Positions 57,625 through 64,000 of a stretch of DNA of 64,000 nucleotides are shown in pieces; position 1 is the stretch's first letter; each line of letters opens with the position of its first letter. Source of the stretch: Sulfolobales archaeon HS-7 (GTDB lineage Archaea > Thermoproteota > Thermoprotei_A > Sulfolobales > Sulfolobaceae); NCBI GenBank assembly GCA_019704295.1, contig AP024596.1:1056001-1120000 (forward strand), written 5' to 3'. A program made the position numbers and the translations under genes. The notes beneath the pieces were generated by a model that worked only from the letters and a program-made list of their open reading frames with translations, searched no databases and was not told the origin of the DNA.

Positions 57625-58386
57625 TTCCTTTGACACTCTTATTAGTTCTGGAAGAAATTCCCTAATTGCTGACGGATTATCAGCTAAGGTAAAGTCAAAC
57701 GATTTTTCCCTAAAGGGAAGGAAATGACAATCGTAAAGCACCACGTCAGGGTAGAGCTTATTCCTTTTTGAATTATACCTAAGCATTTCAAGTCCGTCAT
57801 AGTTGAGATCACCCGCCACGACATATAATCTCCTTTTTGCAATTCTGAGACTTACGGGTCCGTACCCTGAAAAAGCGTCCAGGACCTTTCCGGAGGCCAA
57901 TTTAGAAATCTCTTCCCTCTCAGCAGAAAGCGTCGTGTTGACGTAAACCTTAGATATATCTATTGTAAAGGTTATTCCTCCCTCTTTGTAAGTTGTTACC
58001 GTTCTGTTCTCTCCGGCTAAATGGATGAGTTCGCCTATCCTGAAATCTCCACTTACTCGCCTTTTTAGGAAAACCGCTCTAATCCTTTTGTTTATCTTGA
58101 GTAGCGCCTCTCCAACAGCGCGATAGTCTATATAGCTGGTTTTTAGTGATATCAGAGCTATGTCCCCGATCAATTGGTATCCAGAAACCCCCTTCACTAC
58201 ATCTCTAAGCTTCGGTGTCTGTTCTCTTAGAGGAGGGAAACATTCTACTGTTTCGGAGTAACCTCCCCCTTCTAACGGTATTAACAGGAAATTTCCATCC
58301 CTTACTATTCTGAACTTCTTATCATACTTTATTTTACCCTTTACCTCATTGTACTTTGTCCGAGGTACTTTAGCACAGATAGTCAG
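57505..58386 (-). CDS. Trm5/Taw22-family tRNA methyltransferase, probable CTG start
   Basis: IGDIA, LAGE and DAFSGYGP motifs. The frame is open upstream of 58197 and encodes a Trm5-like N-terminal domain. Confidence 0.8.
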   Translation of the reverse strand: MTICAKVPRTKYNEVKGKIKYDKKFRIVRDGNFLLIPLEGGGYSETVECFPPLREQTPKLRDVVKGVSGYQLIGDIALISLKTSYIDYRAVGEALLKINKRIRAVFLKRRVSGDFRIGELIHLAGENRTVTTYKEGGITFTIDISKVYVNTTLSAEREEISKLASGKVLDAFSGYGPVSLRIAKRRLYVVAGDLNYDGLEMLRYNSKRNKLYPDVVLYDCHFLPFREKSFDFTLADNPSAIREFLPELIRVSKELCVYFLGKKPILEGFNVSSWKKINEYSKDLFIFRLCSKC

Positions 58387-58399
58387 GAGGCTTACCTCC
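58386..58399 (-). promoter_or_regulatory. Shine-Dalgarno GGAGGT inside a GGAGG-TAAG-CCTCC hairpin
   Basis: The minus strand reads CGGAGGTAAGCCTCCTGACT. Confidence 0.55.
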
Positions 58400-58481
58400 G
58401 GTGTCCTGTGATTTACATGTCAAGTTTCTTACTTAACTTTTTAGCAGGTTATGGGTGGTTTCGAAAAGATAGGAAAGATAA

Positions 58482-59483
58482 CTAACTTTTCTTTAGTTTG
58501 TCCATTTCGGAACTATGACCACCGAATAGTGAGGACTTGGGATCTATATACTTTTTCGCAACGCTTATTGCGATGGCGGCCTGACCGAACCCCGTTGCGA
58601 TAAGCGCTAACTTAGGAGAGCCGTTTACCTGCGCAATGTCACCAGCAGCGTATATTCCAGGTATGTTGGTCTCCATGTTTCCGTTCACCACTACATCTCT
58701 TCCCTTCATGTTAAGCCCCCACCCCATGATCGGGGTAAGATCACCCTTATACCCTATACTTATTACTATTGCGTCAACATCAAGGGTGGTCTCTGCCTTA
58801 GTCCTGTTATCGAAAACAATCGCATGTGTCACTTTCTCACCATCACCCACAACCTCCTTAAGTTCATGAAAAACCATAACTTTCGCAACCTGATAAAGCT
58901 GTTTAACGCTACTTTCGTGAGCCCTAAACTGATCCCTCCTGTGAATTAACGTTACGGACTGAGCAAGTGGGGCTAACATTAGAGCCCAATCAACCGCTGA
59001 ATCTCCTCCTCCTATTACCAGCACTTTTTTTCCAGCGAAGTCTTTTTTCCTCTTTACCGCATAATATACTCCCTTGTTTTCGTAGTCGACCTCTCCTTTT
59101 GCTCCAAGTCTGGATGGTTGTATAATTCCTATACCAGCTGCAAGGAGAACCGTCTTTGTCCTGCCCTGAAAACCTTTACTTGTCGTAAAAGTAAAACTTC
59201 CGTCCTCCCCTTTCTTTAACGAATTGACAACCTCATTCGTTCTAAAATCTGGACCAAATATCTTTGCCTGTTCAATGAGGTTCTGAGCTAGCTCGTAAGC
59301 GGAAATACCTGGGTATCCTCCGACATCATAAACTATTTTTTCCGGGTATAGTGAAACTAGTTGACCTCCGAGTTCTGTTTGCGAATCAACTATTACAGTC
59401 TTCATATCCCTTAAACCCGCATAAAAAGCAGCGTATAGTCCTATTGGACCTCCGCCTACAACTAACATGTCGTAATCAGTCAT
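58482..59483 (-). CDS. Ferredoxin-NADP+ reductase, thioredoxin-reductase-like (YumC type)
   Basis: [38 protein letters not shown] and AAGD. No CxxC. Confidence 0.9.
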   Translation of the reverse strand: MTDYDMLVVGGGPIGLYAAFYAGLRDMKTVIVDSQTELGGQLVSLYPEKIVYDVGGYPGISAYELAQNLIEQAKIFGPDFRTNEVVNSLKKGEDGSFTFTTSKGFQGRTKTVLLAAGIGIIQPSRLGAKGEVDYENKGVYYAVKRKKDFAGKKVLVIGGGDSAVDWALMLAPLAQSVTLIHRRDQFRAHESSVKQLYQVAKVMVFHELKEVVGDGEKVTHAIVFDNRTKAETTLDVDAIVISIGYKGDLTPIMGWGLNMKGRDVVVNGNMETNIPGIYAAGDIAQVNGSPKLALIATGFGQAAIAISVAKKYIDPKSSLFGGHSSEMDKLKKS

Positions 59484-59575
59484 GTTTTCTCATTCTATAA
59501 TGCACAATTTACGTTCTAATTAAGTTTTCCGTTATTTTTTGAGTCCAAAATCTCAATCTTGTTTGTATCGACTTA

Positions 59576-60004
59576 TCATGAGTTGTATATTTCCAAGTGC
59601 ATGGTAATTTCATCATCAACTGATAAGGCCTTTACGCTAAGGTGTTTCTCCTGCTTGTCATAGCAAGCCCTGCAGGGGTAAAACAAATATCCCCCTAAGA
59701 ACACGTATCCTTCATAATAAGAAAGTGCGGTCCACCCCTTATTCTCCACCAGTGTTTTTAGAACCCTTTCCGAGAAGGTCGGTATTACGATGAGGTCGTT
59801 AAACTTAACGAAAGATAATGTCATCTTCTTTAAGCTAAACGGATGTAAGAGGACCCTGTAAGGATTATTCATGTCCATAAATTGAGACGTCTTTATCATC
59901 TCAATCTCGTTGTTAACAGTGTATACTGCGACAGCAGGATAATCCTCAAATATTTCGACCATATCTTTCCACGGTAAAATCGGACTTCCTATCAACCACT
60001 GCAT
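59576..60004 (-). CDS. Hypothetical protein (142 aa) with CxxC
   Basis: Intact ATG ORF containing PCRAC. Confidence 0.7.
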   Translation of the reverse strand: MQWLIGSPILPWKDMVEIFEDYPAVAVYTVNNEIEMIKTSQFMDMNNPYRVLLHPFSLKKMTLSFVKFNDLIVIPTFSERVLKTLVENKGWTALSYYEGYVFLGGYLFYPCRACYDKQEKHLSVKALSVDDEITMHLEIYNS

Positions 60005-60060
60005 GATTTTGTGTTAAATGAGTAAGTAATAGCGTCATCGCGAAATTCTACTGACAGTCC

Positions 60061-60498
60061 CTATTTCTCATATGGATACTTCGAACGAACGAATTCTAAG
60101 AATCTACGTTTAAACTTGTGATGATTTTCGGGTTCTTCTAACCAAGCCCTGTGAAGTTTATTTTCAGCAATTATTACTGGTTCCCAAGTTTCAAATAATA
60201 CCTTATCGTTCCTATCGTATATCGTTTCACATAAGTTCCACACTATATACGCGTAAGTCTCATATTGAAGTCTTTCTTGTGGATCTTTAAATGCTACCTT
60301 GTAATTTCTCGTATACGCAGGATCCCTAAATTTAGGGTATTCTATACCTAATTTAAGAACTTCCATATAGGCGGAGTCGATATCTGAATAAGTTACATCT
60401 CTCTCGTTTTTTATGAAGGTAATTATTGAAAATATTGCAGCGAAACCACTAAGGACTACCGTTAATATTCCGGTGATAACAGTAAATCCTAAGCTCAT
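60061..60498 (-). CDS. Hypothetical single-TM helical protein
   Basis: N-terminal TM and an aromatic-rich helical domain. ATGA-coupled to the GNAT gene. Confidence 0.78.
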   Translation of the reverse strand: MSLGFTVITGILTVVLSGFAAIFSIITFIKNERDVTYSDIDSAYMEVLKLGIEYPKFRDPAYTRNYKVAFKDPQERLQYETYAYIVWNLCETIYDRNDKVLFETWEPVIIAENKLHRAWLEEPENHHKFKRRFLEFVRSKYPYEK

Positions 60499-61109
60499 TC
60501 TAAGGTTACGATCGAAGGAATTGTATTTAAAGTATACGCGACATATTTATTTGTAGTATTTAGGGAATAAACTTCCTCATATATTTGAATTACCAATCTC
60601 CTTACTATTTCTCCAGAAATTACGTCTTCCCTCTGTATTACCATCAAAATCATGTCAGTAGGAATATCTCCTGAAAGCGGAGGAAGTATGTATTTAACCC
60701 CTTTTAATACCTTAGCTCCGTTTTTCTTATAGAATTCAACTCTCAACTTCCTCTCTTCACTACCGTTTGCAGGATCTTCGACCTCAAATAACAGTCTCTT
60801 CCCTAGAGACGATAAAAAACGTATAGTTGCTGTACCTATCCCCTTACCTCTGAATCCCTCCTTTACTGCTACGTAGTCAACCAATGCGAAATCCCAAAGA
60901 AGAGGCCAAACAAGGGCGATTGAGATAACGTTGTTCCTCATTGTTCCGATGTAAAGTTCCTCTTTATCGGAATCTACTCTACTAGAAATTACCTCAGGTT
61001 TTTGTCTTTCGGCAGGGGGAAAAGAATTGACATATATTTTCATTGCGTCTTCAAAAAACTGATTTCCAGTTTTAATTCGTTTAAACTCTATAGTCTCCAC
61101 AATTACCAT
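60495..61109 (-). CDS. GNAT acetyltransferase
   Basis: YVNSFP..ER, DYVAV...RGKGIG, EVE, FYKKNG and YILPPL motifs. Confidence 0.88.
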   Translation of the reverse strand: MVIVETIEFKRIKTGNQFFEDAMKIYVNSFPPAERQKPEVISSRVDSDKEELYIGTMRNNVISIALVWPLLWDFALVDYVAVKEGFRGKGIGTATIRFLSSLGKRLLFEVEDPANGSEERKLRVEFYKKNGAKVLKGVKYILPPLSGDIPTDMILMVIQREDVISGEIVRRLVIQIYEEVYSLNTTNKYVAYTLNTIPSIVTLE

Positions 61110-61140
61110 TCATTTGAGTGTAAATTAAGGTTATCGTGAA

Positions 61141-61562
61141 ATACTTTTCAGGCATCTACCCAGTCTTGTTTCGCCAAAATATTATGTTTGTAAAATATTA
61201 TTAAAGTAATTCTTGTATAAAAATATAGTATTAAGTCAACTTTAAAAGTATTACAATATGATATGTTTAACCAAAATCTAGTATATTTTACAAGTTAATG
61301 GTAACGAACACAAGAAGTTCTCAATTTATTTCACGAGTTTAAAACGAGGTACGTAGTTTCCCTAGCTTGAAAACGCTTAGAGGAGATTGACGAAATAGTT
61401 AAACGGGAGGAACTTCTCTCCCGGTACCCTGAGGTTAAGCGAGAGGAAGTTATGTAAGCTCCATCCAATGTCAAGGAGCGCGTAGATTAGGTAGAAGAAG
61501 GGCTTGTTCCTTAATCTCCTGATTAGTCCCATCTTTTCCCGTCTTGAAGCCCTACTCCATTT
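61141..61562 (-). mobile_element. Relic of an ISH3-like right end and transposase 3' part
   Basis: Begins CAGTCTTGTTTCGCCAAAA. Its reverse complement aligns with 29545-29680 joined to 31111-31225. Confidence 0.82.
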
Positions 61563-61649
61563 GCCACCTTAACCTTAGATCTAGGCAAACTTCTATGAGG
61601 TTGAAACAAATTTAACCTCACGACGAAAGTGTAATAACAAGGGAAACGA

Positions 61650-62459
61650 ATGAGAGTTCTAATAACAGGACTTCTACCCCAAGACTCTGGGAAAACTACG
61701 ATGGGGATCAACTTGATCAGGGCTTTTAAGGAGGTCGGAATCAGAATGTTTCCATATAAGCCAGTTGCGGGATTCAACGGATGGTATAGTTATGAATATC
61801 TTATTCGTGGTGTAAATATGGGAATAATAGCTGGGGGAGACGCATTTAAGTATTACGATGAGACTGGGGAAGATATCAGGAAAATAAATCCCTTTACACT
61901 GCTCACTCTTCCACTGGACTTGGAGAAGGCGGATTTTAGAAATGTGTTCTTTGAGAACAAAGAGGGAATAGTTCATGCCCTTTTGCGAGCTGAAAGTTGC
62001 ACAAACGCAGAGGGATATTACTTAGCTAAAGAATATCAATTTTCATCAGAGGGCCTCATTTCCATCATCAATGGTTTTTTGGCGAGAAGGGGGTTCAATT
62101 TAATCTCGGAAAATCAGATAATTACGATGATAGACGACTCAGTAAATTCTACGAATAACTGTACACCACAAGATGATAACATCATAATAGAATCATATAA
62201 CGACGCGGCTGCCCCGAACTGGGAATCATTGAAAGTCGATTTCACTCTTGCTGTATCGCCAGGAAAGTCGTTCTTAATTTCTGGCGAAGAGTACAGTATG
62301 GCTGTTAAGGCATTAACGTTTTCTCGGCTAATGATGAAAACTATTAAAGTCGTGGGAGTCGTAAGACCTATGAAATCCTTTTCATTATCTCCTCATAATT
62401 TTGAAAACTATAGAGAAATTGTGAATTGGTTGCTAAAGTATAACATTATTTCAAAATAG
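61650..62459 (+). CDS. P-loop NTPase (BioD/CobQ-like archaeal family)
   Basis: GLLPQDSGKTT, YKPVAG, INP and IIESYND motifs. Confidence 0.8.
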   Translation: MRVLITGLLPQDSGKTTMGINLIRAFKEVGIRMFPYKPVAGFNGWYSYEYLIRGVNMGIIAGGDAFKYYDETGEDIRKINPFTLLTLPLDLEKADFRNVFFENKEGIVHALLRAESCTNAEGYYLAKEYQFSSEGLISIINGFLARRGFNLISENQIITMIDDSVNSTNNCTPQDDNIIIESYNDAAAPNWESLKVDFTLAVSPGKSFLISGEEYSMAVKALTFSRLMMKTIKVVGVVRPMKSFSLSPHNFENYREIVNWLLKYNIISK

Positions 62460-63180
62460 CCTGGGTCAGCTTAACCTCTCCTTTTATCTCTAATATCTTT
62501 TTTAGCAGTTCCATGCCGCTAAGCTTTACCTCATTGTTATCAATCTTTACGTTGACCACTTCACCTTGGGCTAGGAGGATCCTCATATTTGTCTCCTTAT
62601 TCTCAATCCTAAGCGATGCAACACCTTTACTTTCAAGTATTTCCTTAATTTTCCACATCACCTTAGGAGGTTCAATCTCCTCCTCTACGAAGTCCATCAT
62701 AGAACTGAGTAGCTCTTTGTAATATCCTGCAGGTAACAAATCGATTCTGTCCGAGACTTTTTCCTCCTCTTGTTCAAATCTGCTGTAAAATTCTCTCATA
62801 TGATGTAATAGATCGTTTAGATCGAGTGATGGGGTTTTTATAATTCCTGTTGGTTTCATGTACTCTATCATAGTGTTGAAATTTCTCTCTGCAACGGTCA
62901 AAGTAAACTTATATATATGCCCTCCCTTCTTATACTCTCTTACCTCGTAAGAGACTCCGTTAATCTCTGGAGTCGGACCTCTTATTAAATAAACATATAA
63001 GTCTTCACTAGGCCGCAAGGTTACGTCTTTTTCCCGAGGATACATTACTGAAATATGTTCAGTTTCACCACGAATTATAAGGTGAAAGTGATATGTTGAT
63101 AGCGTGAAAAGATCAGGTTCAGTTATTAGCTTCTTGATATATCTCGGTCTCGCTATACGAATCCTGTCTGACACTGACAT
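62446..63180 (-). CDS. Hypothetical two-domain protein, C-terminus resembling 27596-28399
   Basis: Intact 244-aa ORF. MRILLAQGEVVNVKI..SG.E.L..I pattern. Confidence 0.72.
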   Translation of the reverse strand: MSVSDRIRIARPRYIKKLITEPDLFTLSTYHFHLIIRGETEHISVMYPREKDVTLRPSEDLYVYLIRGPTPEINGVSYEVREYKKGGHIYKFTLTVAERNFNTMIEYMKPTGIIKTPSLDLNDLLHHMREFYSRFEQEEEKVSDRIDLLPAGYYKELLSSMMDFVEEEIEPPKVMWKIKEILESKGVASLRIENKETNMRILLAQGEVVNVKIDNNEVKLSGMELLKKILEIKGEVKLTQAILK

Positions 63181-63529
63181 TATAATATTATTTTTCGATT
63201 TTGAGTTAAAATCATTTACCGTTTTGTTAACGTTGATATATGATGAATAGTTACCCTTGGTTATACCAAACTTTTTTCTTTATAAAATTGTTTTATAAGA
63301 TTTTAACTACTTTTGTATTTACTAGCGATTGGGAGAGATCTGTGGAAACACCCTGTACTTGAATATGAGATTTCCTAAATAGTTATGTTAGCCCCTGATA
63401 TGGGTTTCGCTTTCGTGTCTATATCAGCGAACATTCAAGGCGTTAAAAGCAGTTGTTACCAGTTTCGGATGAAACATGAAGTTTAAGTACTTTATATATA
63501 AAAAATATTTTATAAATTTTATCCCTAGA

Positions 63530-63720
63530 CGTGAATCCTTTTTCCTCAAGGTTACAGGGTACAAGATGTACGGATTTCCCTATCCATGAGTGGGTGAGGG
63601 TTATCCCGCTAAGAGGATGGAGAGGCTTGACGGGACAATACGTCTTGACTCAGGTGAAGTCGAAGGGCCGAAGATTGAGATGAAATATGACGAAATCTTA
63701 AGAAACCCAAACCCCTATTG
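63530..63720 (+). mobile_element. Relic of an IS200/IS605 tnpB 3' end / omega-RNA region
   Basis: GATGTACGGATTTCCC..ATGAGTGGGTGAGGGTTATCCCGCTAA..GGTGAAGTCGAAGGGC..ACCCAAACCCCT resembles Sulfolobales tnpB right ends as recalled. Confidence 0.6.
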
Positions 63721-63789
63721 AAGTTAGGTTATAAGGTGTGTAACACCCCATTGTGGACAAAATACCTGTTTTTATTGCATAGTGTATAG

Positions 63790-64000
63790 CAAATGTTATT
63801 TACTTTATGAACTAAATTTCTATACAAAACAAGCATCGTGGAACCCATTGAGGAGGACAGTACCTAAGGGAATTACGCGGAGATTATATTACGATGATTA
63901 CGATTTTCAAACGTAATTCCCCAAGAGAACCGTAAGAACGAATTCCTTTTGCGAGTAGAGCCTGAACTAGTTGGAAGACGTGATTAAGAGGGAGTTCGAA
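63790..64000 (+). mobile_element. Degraded IS start, same family as 25255-26702, running off the window
   Basis: Aligns with the reverse complement of about 26465-26680 (TAAGGG..TTACGC, GTAAT.CCCCAAGAG, GTTGGA.GACGT.ATT.A.AG.GAGTTC). Confidence 0.7.

Noticed and set aside
61523-61777. 84-aa minus-strand ORF
   Set aside because: It is a chimera of antisense ATPase sequence and an IS relic.

Overview
Archaeal window from a member of the Sulfolobales, judged from cbsAB/soxLN, the herA-mre11-rad50-nurA operon, Pat, DUF973 and ISC-type IS relics. The ordinary content is a peptide/oligosaccharide ABC operon, tricorn, S9 and proline imino-peptidases, a bc1-analogous respiratory cluster, an acyl-CoA catabolic cluster, DSB repair genes, a HEPN-MNT pair, 2-oxoacid:ferredoxin oxidoreductase, Trm5 and FNR. 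The main structure not shown by the ORF track is a 6.8-kb composite transposon (24663-31450) with 70-bp inverted ends (67/70 identical) and a perfect 9-bp target duplication (ATATTTCTC). All of its transposases are broken. Its only intact cargo is a two-gene module: an oxygen-binding di-iron protein (ODP) and an uncharacterised two-domain partner. Nested inside is an IS110 element with precisely mappable junctions and a candidate bridge-RNA region. The trm5 gene appears to start at CTG, 63 codons upstream of the track call, behind a hairpin-sequestered Shine-Dalgarno. No CRISPR array, tRNA or rRNA was seen. All family assignments come from motif recognition by eye, with no database searches.
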